NCBI GenBank assembly: GCA_002456975.1
Contig: NTKA01000005.1
Coordinates: 7,062-71,061 of the forward strand
Reading direction: 5' to 3'
DNA: 64,000 bases
Source of the DNA: Halieaceae bacterium MED-G27
GTDB lineage: Bacteria; Pseudomonadota; Gammaproteobacteria; Pseudomonadales; Halieaceae
Positions 1 through 9,329 of the stretch are shown piece by piece. How positions within the stretch are numbered: position 1 is the stretch's first letter; the number at the start of each line of letters is the position of its first letter. The position numbers and the translations under genes were made by a program. Under the pieces are notes generated by a model. It had not been told where the DNA came from and did no database searches. It saw nothing but the letters and a program-made list of their open reading frames with translations.

Positions 1-2943
1 CAAAGCGGCTCGAAATTGCTCCTGAACACTTGGCCAGACCACGACATTGATATTGCCGGTTTCATCTTCGAGCGTTAAGAAAACGACGCCAGAGGCCGTT
101 CCAGGACGCTGCCGGCAAGTCACAATTCCGGCTGTTCTGACAAACCGACGATTACCCATCGTGATGAGCTCTGATTGTCGTCGACAGCGTTGAAAGGGAT
201 CCTGCGCTCGCAGCAGAGCCATGGGATGCTGTTTCAGCGACAGCCCTGTGCTCTGGTAGTCAAACAGTACATTGTCTATCGCAGACGGCGCCGAGATACT
301 ATCGCGTACAGAGTGCGCTTCATTACTCTCAGATAGCAACGGCGTAGAATCCTGAAGCGCCATAATGTCCCAATGCGATTGATAGCGATGGCCACTGAGT
401 TGGAAGAGACTATCGGCAGCAGAGAGCGCCTCTAAATCATCTCGGTCAAGGTGACAGCGTATCTTTAGATCTTTGAGCGAGCTAAAAGAGCGATGCTTAC
501 GGGCATCGACGATGCGCTCTGCACCGGTTCGACTCAACCGCTTGATAATTCTGAGCCCCAAGCGAATACAGCCTTTAGGCGTAGCGCTTTGAGCCAACAG
601 GCCGTGATCCCAGTCGCTGTGGTTGATATCCACAGGCAATACTTCAACGTGATGGCGACGGGCATCCTGGATCAGTTGTGAGGGGGTGTAGAAACCCATG
701 GGCTGGCTGTTGAGTAGCCCCACATAAAATGCCGCCGGGTGATGACATTTGAGCCATGCCGACACATAGGCGAGTAGTGCAAAACTTGCGGAATGAGACT
801 CGGGGAAACCGTAGCCTCCAAACCCCTTGATCTGACTAAAAAGTTGCTCGGCAAATTCAGCACTATAACCGCGAGCTAGCATGCCGGACTTGAGCTTATG
901 CTCAAAGGTCAGCAGTTTGCTGTTGCGCCCCCAGTTGGTGATCGCACGGCGCAGTGAGTCGGCTTCTCCACCACTGAATCCGGCAGCCACCATAGCAAGC
1001 CGAATCACCTGTTCTTGAAAAATAGGAACGCCCAGAGTGCTTTCGAGTACTGACTGGATCGCGGGGTCAGGATAACTAATCGGTTCGAGCCCGGCTCTTC
1101 TTCGGAGATAAGGATGAACCATATCCCCCTGAATAGGTCCTGGTCTGACGATGGCGATCTCGATGACTAAATCATAGAAACAAGCGGGTTTTAACCGAGG
1201 TAGCATCGACATTTGTGCCCGCGACTCAATTTGAAAGACGCCTAATGAATCGGCCTGTTGCAGCATCCGAAACGTCGCTTGATCTTCCTTGGGGATGTCC
1301 TGAATAGTTTTTATGCCAGGCTGGTCGCGTTGCACCAAGGCAAGTGTTTTCCGAATCGCAGATAACATACCTAAGGCGAGAATATCGACTTTCAGTAGTC
1401 CCAAGGCTTCAATATCTTCTTTGTCCCATTGGATGACAGTGCGATCGGGCATGCTTGCGTTTTCGACGGGTACCAATTGCGAAATCGGCCCTCGACTGAT
1501 GACAAAGCCGCCCACGTGTTGTGACAAGTGCCGAGGAAAGCCCAAAATTTCCTGTGTGATTTTCAGAAATAAGTCGGCTAGCTGATGCCCAGACTCGATG
1601 CCCTGCTCCTGAAATTTTGCCTTTAACTCGCGCTCCCGGTTCCACCAGGCGAGCGATTTGGCTAAGTCATCGACAAACACCGCGTCCATTCCCAGGGCTT
1701 TTCCAACATCGCGAACAGCGCTGCGGGAGCGATAAGTAATCACTGTTGCAGCAAGCGCGGCGCGGCGTCTCGAATATTTTTGATAGATGTATTGGATGAC
1801 CTCCTCACGACGTTCGTGTTCAAAATCGACATCAATATCAGGCGGCTCATCGCGCTCGCGTGATATGAATCTCTCAAATAGAAGAGAGACCTGCTCAGGC
1901 GATACCTCGGTGATATGAAGGCAATAACAGACGACCGAGTTGGCCGCTGAGCCGCGACCCTGACACAGAATCTGTCGATTTCTCGCGAAATTGACGATGT
2001 CGTAGACGGTGAGAAAGTAGTATTCATAGTTGAGCTCTGTAATGAGCTCAAGTTCACGATGGATCCGCTCCTGTATGGTATCTGGGACACCATTGGGCCA
2101 TCGCTGCGCTGCGCCAAGTGCGACTTGCTCGCGCAAATAACTATTGGCGGTATGACCCGAGGGAACCACTTCCTCGGGATATTCATAGCGCAACTCATCG
2201 AGATTGAACTGGCAGCGAGCCGTAATTTTCAAGGTTTCGGCTATAAGCTCAGTTGGATAAAGCGGTAGTAATTTATCGAGTCTTCGTAGGTGTTGTTGGC
2301 TATTACTGCATCGCTTATCACCCAGTTCTTGTACTGATGTATTGAAGCGGATGGCGGTCAGGACGTCGTGCAAGGGCTTTCGGTTGGCGCTGTGCATCCG
2401 CACATCACCGCAGGCGATCATCGGCACTTGCAACTGGTCAGCTAGCACCTGACATCGACTCAAACGCTCGTGGTCATCGTGTCGAAGTAATTGACTCACA
2501 CCGACCCAGAAACGATCGCGACAGCGTCTCGCCAGCTGTTGCGCATATTCATCCTCGTCATTCGACTGGCTGGGTAGCCAAATGATCAGGCATCGCTTCA
2601 GGTGAAAAAAAATATCGCGAAGATGGGTCAGGTAATGGCCTTTCTCGCTGCGACGTCGTGATCGGCTAATCAGTCCTGACAGTTCGGCATAGGCGTCGCG
2701 TGATGGTGCCAAAGCAATCAGCTTCAACCCTTCAGATACCGTAAATTCGCTACCGATAATGAGCTTGATAGCATGCTCTTTCGCCGCGACATGAGCTTTG
2801 ACAACACCTGCTAGCGAGCATTCATCGGTAATAGCGATACCGGAATAGCCGCGTTTAATCGCCATTTCAACCAACTCGTCGGGGTGCGATGCACCGCGTA
2901 AAAAACTGTAGTTACTCAGGCAGTGGAGCTCAGCGTAAGCCAT
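1..2943 (-). CDS. dnaE2: Error-prone DNA polymerase III alpha (DnaE2/ImuC); 3' end runs off the window
   Basis: Absent from the ORF track (no stop in window). ATG at 2943 reads MAYAELHCLSNYSFLRGASHPDE (PHP domain); later GRGSAANS and EPPDIDVDF polymerase motifs; lies near imuB/imuA. Confidence 0.96.
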   Translation of the reverse strand, partial: MAYAELHCLSNYSFLRGASHPDELVEMAIKRGYSGIAITDECSLAGVVKAHVAAKEHAIKLIIGSEFTVSEGLKLIALAPSRDAYAELSGLISRSRRRSEKGHYLTHLRDIFFHLKRCLIIWLPSQSNDEDEYAQQLARRCRDRFWVGVSQLLRHDDHERLSRCQVLADQLQVPMIACGDVRMHSANRKPLHDVLTAIRFNTSVQELGDKRCSNSQQHLRRLDKLLPLYPTELIAETLKITARCQFNLDELRYEYPEEVVPSGHTANSYLREQVALGAAQRWPNGVPDTIQERIHRELELITELNYEYYFLTVYDIVNFARNRQILCQGRGSAANSVVCYCLHITEVSPEQVSLLFERFISRERDEPPDIDVDFEHERREEVIQYIYQKYSRRRAALAATVITYRSRSAVRDVGKALGMDAVFVDDLAKSLAWWNRERELKAKFQEQGIESGHQLADLFLKITQEILGFPRHLSQHVGGFVISRGPISQLVPVENASMPDRTVIQWDKEDIEALGLLKVDILALGMLSAIRKTLALVQRDQPGIKTIQDIPKEDQATFRMLQQADSLGVFQIESRAQMSMLPRLKPACFYDLVIEIAIVRPGPIQGDMVHPYLRRRAGLEPISYPDPAIQSVLESTLGVPIFQEQVIRLAMVAAGFSGGEADSLRRAITNWGRNSKLLTFEHKLKSGMLARGYSAEFAEQLFSQIKGFGGYGFPESHSASFALLAYVSAWLKCHHPAAFYVGLLNSQPMGFYTPSQLIQDARRHHVEVLPVDINHSDWDHGLLAQSATPKGCIRLGLRIIKRLSRTGAERIVDARKHRSFSSLKDLKIRCHLDRDDLEALSAADSLFQLSGHRYQSHWDIMALQDSTPLLSESNEAHSVRDSISAPSAIDNVLFDYQSTGLSLKQHPMALLRAQDPFQRCRRQSELITMGNRRFVRTAGIVTCRQRPGTASGVVFLTLEDETGNINVVVWPSVQEQFRAAL

Positions 2944-2953
2944 AATCAATATA

Positions 2954-2969
2954 CTGTATTTTTATACAG
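2954..2969. promoter_or_regulatory. LexA (SOS) box upstream of dnaE2
   Basis: CTGTATTTTTATACAG (CTG-N10-CAG), 10 bp from the start codon, inside the palindrome CAATATACTGTAT-TTTT-ATACAGTATATTG (2947-2976). Confidence 0.93.
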
Positions 2970-3066
2970 TATATTGCCTTTGTTTAAGAAGCCCCACAAT
3001 GACAACATCGATTGATAGTGACAGGACAGCAAATACCGTCGTTACAGAGACGGCTGGAGAGAGACG

Positions 3067-3576
3067 ATGCGCTACCTATTTGTAGGATTACTCAGTTTAC
3101 TAGTGAGTTGCACGGGTTTACCTGATGGGGTGGAGCCAGTCACCGGTTTTGAAAAGCAGCGCTATTTGGGCACCTGGTATGAGATCGCGCGTTTGGATCA
3201 CAGTTTCGAGCGTGGTTTAGAGCAGGTGACTGCGACTTATGCAGTTCGCGATGATGGTGCTATCTCAGTCTTAAATCGTGGCTACGATATTGCGGATCAA
3301 GAATGGCGCCAAGCCGAGGGCGTGGCTAAGCCTGTTTCAAGCGAGGATGTGGCTCATTTGAAAGTATCGTTTTTTGGTCCTTTCTACGGTACGTATGCGG
3401 TTTTCGAGTTGGCGGATGACTACAGCTATGCCTTCGTTGCTGGCTTTAATACCGACTACCTGTGGTTGCTCGCTCGTGAATCCACCGTATCCGAAGCGGT
3501 ACGACAGCGCTTTGTTACCAGAGCCGATGAGCTCGGTTTCGATGTCGACGCGCTTATCTGGCTGGATGGCAGTTAG
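3067..3576 (+). CDS. blc: Bacterial lipocalin (outer-membrane lipoprotein)
   Basis: Lipobox LLVSC; lipocalin motif RYLGTWYEIARLDHSFERG; LKVSFFGPFYG; YLWLLAR; GGAG SD. Confidence 0.93.
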   Translation: MRYLFVGLLSLLVSCTGLPDGVEPVTGFEKQRYLGTWYEIARLDHSFERGLEQVTATYAVRDDGAISVLNRGYDIADQEWRQAEGVAKPVSSEDVAHLKVSFFGPFYGTYAVFELADDYSYAFVAGFNTDYLWLLARESTVSEAVRQRFVTRADELGFDVDALIWLDGS

Positions 3577-3582
3577 TGGATA

Positions 3583-3621
3583 CAAAAAGCGATCCAAACT
3601 GAGCGTTTGGATCGCTTTTTG
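3583..3621. terminator. Bidirectional intrinsic terminator
   Basis: CAAAAAGCGATCCAAAC-TGAGC-GTTTGGATCGCTTTTTG, a perfect 17-bp inverted repeat between convergent genes. Confidence 0.9.
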
Positions 3622-3637
3622 TTGCTATTAGTAGGTA

Positions 3638-3997
3638 CTAATTTTGGGTGTTTGCAGTCAGTAGAATCTCTGTATCGATCTGCAATAACCGCCAGCTCGT
3701 GCTCGAAGCTGTTTGCTGATAGGCGTACACCACCTGCGCCCCAACTGGCATATCGATACCAGAGTTTTGTATTTCAGCGCTGAATCGTTGTCGTTTGAAT
3801 TGCTTTCTCAGCCGACAGTTAGCAAGGTTGCCTTGTTCGATCCGGTGGAAGCGTACCTTTAAGAAATTATTGTGCGTATCGGCACTACGCATGACCTCAC
3901 CAGTCAATACACAATCTTGTTTTACTTCGGCAGTTGCAGCCAAGGGGAAGAGGCTTCCAACCGCACACAAGCATGCTGCAAGTATTTTTAGTTTCAT
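3638..3997 (-). CDS. Hypothetical secreted protein (119 aa)
   Basis: AGGAG SD; signal peptide ending ATA; two Cys in the mature part; followed by a terminator. Confidence 0.75.
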   Translation of the reverse strand: MKLKILAACLCAVGSLFPLAATAEVKQDCVLTGEVMRSADTHNNFLKVRFHRIEQGNLANCRLRKQFKRQRFSAEIQNSGIDMPVGAQVVYAYQQTASSTSWRLLQIDTEILLTANTQN

Positions 3998-4166
3998 TGT
4001 TTTATCTCCTTACGCCTCACGGCGTACTATCGCTTCACAGCGTTTTGTAGATAAAAATATCTACGTCTGGACTATCCAGAGTGATAGACCATATATGAAA
4101 TAAAAATGAAATAAAATAGAAACAAAAAAGAAATGTTTGGCGAGGTAGGAACTAAGTTACTGGTTA

Positions 4167-5600
4167 CTATGAAAAAATCCCATGCAAAAACCAGCATCGC
4201 GTATGCCTGTCCTGAAATATCCAGACCGGTTGGCCGCTTTTTGAACTGGCAATGTAGTAGTCACGGCTGGTTGGATGGCTCCACCAGCAGTCTTCTAAGC
4301 GCTCCGGACCCTGAATAATCTCCAAAGCATCAATCCAGAACAGCTGGTTGTTCCGCTGGCTAATGGGCTGGGGGGTATCGAGTAACCAAAAAGGACGTTT
4401 GAGTGTTTTGGTCGACGATGCCTCCGACTCAAACTCGTTGGAGTTTTCGTAGGAGCAGTGTTCTGGCAGATGCTCGGTACGAGAATAGACGCGGCTGACC
4501 GCTTGGAAGCCCAGTCGGCTGCGCAGGCGGTCGATCAGCTGCGTTAAAGGTTCCTGGTGTTTGGCTTCGAGAAACAGATCTTGCGTTGCATGGTGCCCTG
4601 CGCGTAACTCGCAGGCCTTAAGCTCGATACCCTCGATTAAGTCTGTGATTGGCAGATTACTCAGCTGCAGATCGGACTGCTCTAGCCAGCGCGTTACCTC
4701 GCTATGACAGTCACTGCTATGGATGTCGAGTGTTAAGTGTCGGCCTTGAGCGGGAAAAAGAGTCCATTCGATATGGGATGTTTCAAGTTGCGTGTTGCGA
4801 AGAAACTGGCAAAAGTGACTCAACAGATCACGCATGAATGGAATCAACTCGCTTTGATTGTTTGTACCGTAGCCAAGCCACAGCGTATCCGAGAACTCGG
4901 GTGCGGGTTTGAAATCAGCGAGAGCTTCGGTGGTTTTGGCGGTTAAACGATCCAACCAGTTACAGAACGCTTGACTGCAGCGTCGTCGCAATGCGCCCGA
5001 TGGCATTGTTAATACATTGCCGATGGTATGTATCCCCGCTTTAGCCAACGCTGTGATATCTCGCTCGAACTCATCGATGCTGAGCAGCGGTAATGACTCA
5101 AGTCGAGCTTCAATCGACACGCCTGGTAGGGGAATGGCATCCAGCCAATGTTGGTTCTGAGCTAATAGCCAGGCAGCTTCCCGGCTGGGCGCTATCCCAA
5201 CTTCACATTGGAAGCCGCGGCGATCGAGATCGCTGTGGACACGCTCTAGCAGAGTCTCTAAGCCACCATGCAAGAGTAGGCAACGGCCAATTTCCAGTTG
5301 CAGCGAATTGTCTTTCCACAGGGTGATTGTGGGTGTGATGGCGTAAGCCCATTGTTGTAAGCGGCTCAAGGTGGCCGCTTCGGCTCGCGGATCACGGGTC
5401 AGAAATTGGCTGCGGTGACCGTCGACCAGCGCCGTCGCGGTAGCATGTTTCTGCCCAGCTTTAACCCCTAAGGCCGCCGCATAGTCGTTACAGCAGAACA
5501 CCCGATGCGTCTCGATAACAATACGAGCGGTATCATCGGTAGATGACGGGGGCAGGGCATCGAGCGCCAGCCTAGGAAATCGAAGGCACAACCAGAGCAA
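4167..5600 (-). CDS. imuB: Y-family polymerase-like mutasome scaffold ImuB
   Basis: N-terminus MLWLCLRFPRLAL (TTG start); clamp-type motif QDLF; C-terminal RPFWLL and GPERLEDCWW..RDYY. Confidence 0.92.
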   Translation of the reverse strand: MLWLCLRFPRLALDALPPSSTDDTARIVIETHRVFCCNDYAAALGVKAGQKHATATALVDGHRSQFLTRDPRAEAATLSRLQQWAYAITPTITLWKDNSLQLEIGRCLLLHGGLETLLERVHSDLDRRGFQCEVGIAPSREAAWLLAQNQHWLDAIPLPGVSIEARLESLPLLSIDEFERDITALAKAGIHTIGNVLTMPSGALRRRCSQAFCNWLDRLTAKTTEALADFKPAPEFSDTLWLGYGTNNQSELIPFMRDLLSHFCQFLRNTQLETSHIEWTLFPAQGRHLTLDIHSSDCHSEVTRWLEQSDLQLSNLPITDLIEGIELKACELRAGHHATQDLFLEAKHQEPLTQLIDRLRSRLGFQAVSRVYSRTEHLPEHCSYENSNEFESEASSTKTLKRPFWLLDTPQPISQRNNQLFWIDALEIIQGPERLEDCWWSHPTSRDYYIASSKSGQPVWIFQDRHTRCWFLHGIFS

Positions 5601-5618
5601 AGCATTTATCTTTAGTTA

Positions 5619-5634
5619 CTGTATATATATACAG
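5619..5634. promoter_or_regulatory. LexA (SOS) box upstream of imuB
   Basis: CTGTATATATATACAG, the perfect gammaproteobacterial consensus, within a perfect 26-bp palindrome (5614-5639). Confidence 0.95.
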
Positions 5635-5638
5635 TAAC

Positions 5639-5658
5639 TGAGCGAAGCGCTTCGCTCA
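5639..5658. repeat. Perfect 20-bp palindrome abutting the imuB SOS box (possible terminator or operator)
   Basis: TGAGCGAAGCGCTTCGCTCA; no U-tract. Confidence 0.6.
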
Positions 5659-5679
5659 ATAGGTTGTGATGACTAAAAC

Positions 5680-7212
5680 TTACGCCTCGCGCAGGCCTCG
5701 GAGGATTGTTTTCCGACTGTCGATCGGATCGATCACCATGTCTATCTCGAGATAGGCAGCCGCCTCAGTGGCACGTCCTTTTTCATACAGTTCGCCAACC
5801 AGACGATTGAACAGGGCTTCTCGTTCGGTTTCATCGGCAATACTCGCTAATTCTTTTTGGTAGCCAAGTCGAACTGCTCCCTCGAGTCCCATGCCACCAA
5901 ACTCACCTTGCGGCCAACTCGCGGCAATTGTTGGAAAGGTAAATGAACCTCCAACCAATGCCATGGCGCCCAAGCCATAACCACGTCTTAAAAACAAAGC
6001 GATCCAGGGAGTGTCGACACTGGCAGCTGTATTAAATAACTCTGGCATGACTCTGGCGGCACCTTGTGCCTCGCTATCTGGACCCACCATGAACCCGGGC
6101 GTATCAACGAGGGAGACAATGGGTAGTTTCCAACGCTTCGCCAACTGCATCATGTCGGCTGCTTTGCAAGCCGCATCGACGTCGATAGCGCCGCCTAGAT
6201 ATCGGCAGTCACTCGCAATCACAGCGACCGGAATTCCTTCGATTCGAGCGAATGCTGTCACGACAGCGCGGCCATAAATGGGGCGTAGTTCTAAAACAGA
6301 CTGCTCATCGAACAGTGCTGTCATTATTTTCCGTACGTCGTAGGCTAAGCGCCTATTGGTGGGCAGTATCTCCCGCAATACCGATTGCTCAGGAGCTCGC
6401 CAGTCGCCCGTCCGACCTTGCGCGTAGGACAAAACACATTTTGCAATTGCCGTGGCATGTGCTTCGTCCTCGGCGAGTAGGTCGACGCTGCCATTGGCAC
6501 ACAGCGTCTGCGCTGGACCAATAGCATCGGGATGAAACTGGCCGAGACCGCCTCCCTCGATCATTGCAGGTCCCGCCATCCCTATGGATGATGTGCGAGT
6601 GGTAATTCGTATATCAGCGGCCCCAAACAGAGCTGCATTACCGGCAAAACAATAGCCATTATTGACTGCGATTCTTGGCACCTTGCCGGTCAGATGTCCC
6701 CATTGCATAAACGTAGTCACGTTGAGCCCTGCAATATTAACTTTCACATCGGTATCACCAGGTCGACCGCCGCCACCTTCGGTGTACATGACCACCGATA
6801 GTCGCTCGCGTTCTGCGATATCGAGGATACGGTCGAGCTTCTGATGGTGAAAAAAGCCTTGGGTTCCTGCGAGCACACTGTAGTCGTAGATCGCGACCGC
6901 GGTGTGCGCTTGCTGCTCACCGACGACAGCGGCATTGATCGTCGCCGTACCAGTGATGACACCATCGGCTGCTGTATCTACACGTAGGGTGTCGGCATCG
7001 CGCCGGTCGCGTTGTGCCGCTACAGCCAACTGTCCATATTCGACTAGACTTCCCTCATCGATGAGGTCATTCAGATTCTCGCGAGCAGTTCGGTACCCTT
7101 TGTTGCGCCGCTTGTCAGTCGCCTTTGGTCTTCCCACATCTGTGGTTTCATGCAATAACGCCGACAGGTGGCCTAGTGCGTCCGGGTCGGAGGTGTTGGT
7201 TGGATGTGTCAC
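5680..7212 (-). CDS. Acyl-CoA carboxylase carboxyltransferase-domain protein (stand-alone)
   Basis: DYSVLAGTQG, EGGGGRPGD, GMAGPAMIEGGG, VDTPGFMVGP, RRGYGLG motifs. Confidence 0.9.
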   Translation of the reverse strand: MTHPTNTSDPDALGHLSALLHETTDVGRPKATDKRRNKGYRTARENLNDLIDEGSLVEYGQLAVAAQRDRRDADTLRVDTAADGVITGTATINAAVVGEQQAHTAVAIYDYSVLAGTQGFFHHQKLDRILDIAERERLSVVMYTEGGGGRPGDTDVKVNIAGLNVTTFMQWGHLTGKVPRIAVNNGYCFAGNAALFGAADIRITTRTSSIGMAGPAMIEGGGLGQFHPDAIGPAQTLCANGSVDLLAEDEAHATAIAKCVLSYAQGRTGDWRAPEQSVLREILPTNRRLAYDVRKIMTALFDEQSVLELRPIYGRAVVTAFARIEGIPVAVIASDCRYLGGAIDVDAACKAADMMQLAKRWKLPIVSLVDTPGFMVGPDSEAQGAARVMPELFNTAASVDTPWIALFLRRGYGLGAMALVGGSFTFPTIAASWPQGEFGGMGLEGAVRLGYQKELASIADETEREALFNRLVGELYEKGRATEAAAYLEIDMVIDPIDSRKTILRGLREA

Positions 7213-7480
7213 TGAAAGCTCCTCACGCGAGCAGGTTCCACTCGAGCCCTAATGTACTGGTATCGATATCTAATAACACAGTAGATGGGCTGGTCGGTTC
7301 GCACAAGCCGGAGCTTAGTATTTGCTACTCTTGCGGGGCTAACGATTGTGATTGATCGATTTAATTCTCGAGGTTTTTAGATGGGTAGCCACATGTGCTC
7401 GGCAATTCGGGGTTTAATGCCGTGACGGTTTGCCCGGCAGTCGATCAGATTTAATTGGTGATAGCGAGTTGGGAGTAACA

Positions 7481-9313
7481 GTGATTAGAAAGATTTTAGT
7501 TCAGTCATGGGTGTGGATGGTCGTTCTTGGCCTGTCTGCGTGTGGTGAGTCAGAAAGCCAAGTTGCCGCGTTGGAAAGACCAGATGCGATGTCAGAGCAT
7601 GAACGACTGAATGCTTATTTGGCGGAGGTCTATGAAGAAAATTTAGCGCGTCGTCCATTTACAGCGAGTTACTTGGGTAGAAAGGACCGTCAGGGTGAGT
7701 GGGATTCTCAGTCAGAGGCGTTTCAAAATGAGGAGCGAGCGATTATCAATGAGCGTCTAGCGGAGCTGGATGGTTTTGATCGCGACGCGCTGCCACCTTC
7801 GGGGCAATTATCTCTGGATCTGTATCAGATATCGCTCGAGCGCGCGCAGATGATGGATGAGTTTAGACATCATCGATACGCGGTACATCAGTTCCGCGGA
7901 GCTCATACCTCGATTCCCAGCTCTTTGATCAACATTCACGGAATTCAGTCTGTCGCGGATGCAGAGGCCTACATCGATCGATTAAACAATGTCCGCACTG
8001 TGATGGACGAGATGATCGAACAATTGTCGATCCGTGAGGACAAAGGGCTGCAGTTGGTCGATTGGATGTATCCCAAGATCAAGGCGTCGGCTACTAATGT
8101 CATTACGGGGCGGCCTTTCGATGCTAGCGATGAGGAATCACCGGTTTGGTCAGACTTTCAAAATAAAGTAAGGGCGCTCGAGCTAGCGGAGTCGGAAGAG
8201 GCTCGTCTTATTAATGATGCACGCGATGCGCTTTTAGGATCATTCAAACCCGCCTATCTAGACTTCATCGCCACGGTGAACCAGTCTTCAGCCAAGGCCT
8301 CCACCGATGATGGTGTGTGGCGTTTTCCCGAGGGTGACGAATATTACCAGCGACTCCTAGAGTGGTTCACAACCACTGATTTAACCGCCGACGAAGTGCA
8401 TGAGTTGGGTCTTCAAAACGTCGCTCGTATTCACGGCGAGATGCGAGCTATTCAAGCACAGGTCGGTTTTGAGGGCTCGCTGCAAGAGTTCTTTGTTTTT
8501 GTCAGAGAAAATCAGGAGCTCCGCTATCCCAACACCGATGAAGGGAGAGCCGCTTACCTCGAGGCTGCGAGAGATGCCATAGCGAGAATGGAGGAGCGGT
8601 TACCTCAATACTTTGGAATCTTGCCCAAGGCCGAGATGGTGGTGAAGCGGGTGGAGCCGTTTCGTGAGCAAAATGCTGGCAAGGCGTTTTATCAAAGTCC
8701 GCCACCTGATGGCTCGAGGCCCGGTATTTACTACGCCAATCTTTACGATATGTCAGCGATGCCCAAGACCGACTTAGAGGCGCTCGCGTTTCACGAAGGG
8801 CTTCCCGGCCATCATTTGCAGCGAGCGATTACCGCTGAGTTGGAGGGAGTCCCTGATGTACAACGATACCTGAGTTTTACAGCCTTCTCTGAGGGTTGGG
8901 GTTTATACACCGAGCAACTAGCGTATGAGATGGGGTTTTATGAAGACCCGTATTCGCGCTTTGGACAGTTAGCGATGGAATTGTGGCGAGCAGCCCGATT
9001 GGTAGTTGATACCGGCATCCATCATAAGCGCTGGACTCGCGAAGAAGCGATTGACTATCTGGTTAGCAATACACCCAATGCCGAGTACGACTGCATAAAG
9101 GCAATTGAGCGATACATTGCCATGCCGGGTCAGGCGACCGCTTACATGATTGGCAAGCTCAAGATTCTTGAGCTGAGGGAAAGAGCTCGAGACGCTTTAG
9201 GTGACGACTTTGATATCCGGGTGTTCCACGACATCGTGCTGGGCAGTGGCCCGGTGCCGCTGTCAAAGCTAGCCGATAATATCGAAGCAATGATCGAGTC
9301 AGAGAAAGGGTAG
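7481..9313 (+). CDS. DUF885 family lipoprotein (putative metallopeptidase)
   Basis: GTG start after GGGAG; lipobox LSAC; HEGLPGHH, EGWGLY, RLVVDTGIH, PGQATAY motifs. Confidence 0.9.
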   Translation: MIRKILVQSWVWMVVLGLSACGESESQVAALERPDAMSEHERLNAYLAEVYEENLARRPFTASYLGRKDRQGEWDSQSEAFQNEERAIINERLAELDGFDRDALPPSGQLSLDLYQISLERAQMMDEFRHHRYAVHQFRGAHTSIPSSLINIHGIQSVADAEAYIDRLNNVRTVMDEMIEQLSIREDKGLQLVDWMYPKIKASATNVITGRPFDASDEESPVWSDFQNKVRALELAESEEARLINDARDALLGSFKPAYLDFIATVNQSSAKASTDDGVWRFPEGDEYYQRLLEWFTTTDLTADEVHELGLQNVARIHGEMRAIQAQVGFEGSLQEFFVFVRENQELRYPNTDEGRAAYLEAARDAIARMEERLPQYFGILPKAEMVVKRVEPFREQNAGKAFYQSPPPDGSRPGIYYANLYDMSAMPKTDLEALAFHEGLPGHHLQRAITAELEGVPDVQRYLSFTAFSEGWGLYTEQLAYEMGFYEDPYSRFGQLAMELWRAARLVVDTGIHHKRWTREEAIDYLVSNTPNAEYDCIKAIERYIAMPGQATAYMIGKLKILELRERARDALGDDFDIRVFHDIVLGSGPVPLSKLADNIEAMIESEKG

Positions 9314-9329
9314 ACGCTTGAGTAGTTGG

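Noticed and set aside
493-2268. Short ORF-track calls over dnaE2, and the many antisense ORFs elsewhere (e.g. 29132-29854, 35686-36393, 56296-56985)
   Set aside because: Shadow frames of well-supported genes, with no motifs.
7313-7460. Decayed tauE 3' copy upstream of the DUF885 gene (CTCGG..ATTCGG and others versus 9316-9460)
   Set aside because: Blocks are short and the intervening identity is about random. Not separable from chance by eye; worth including in the genome-wide test.
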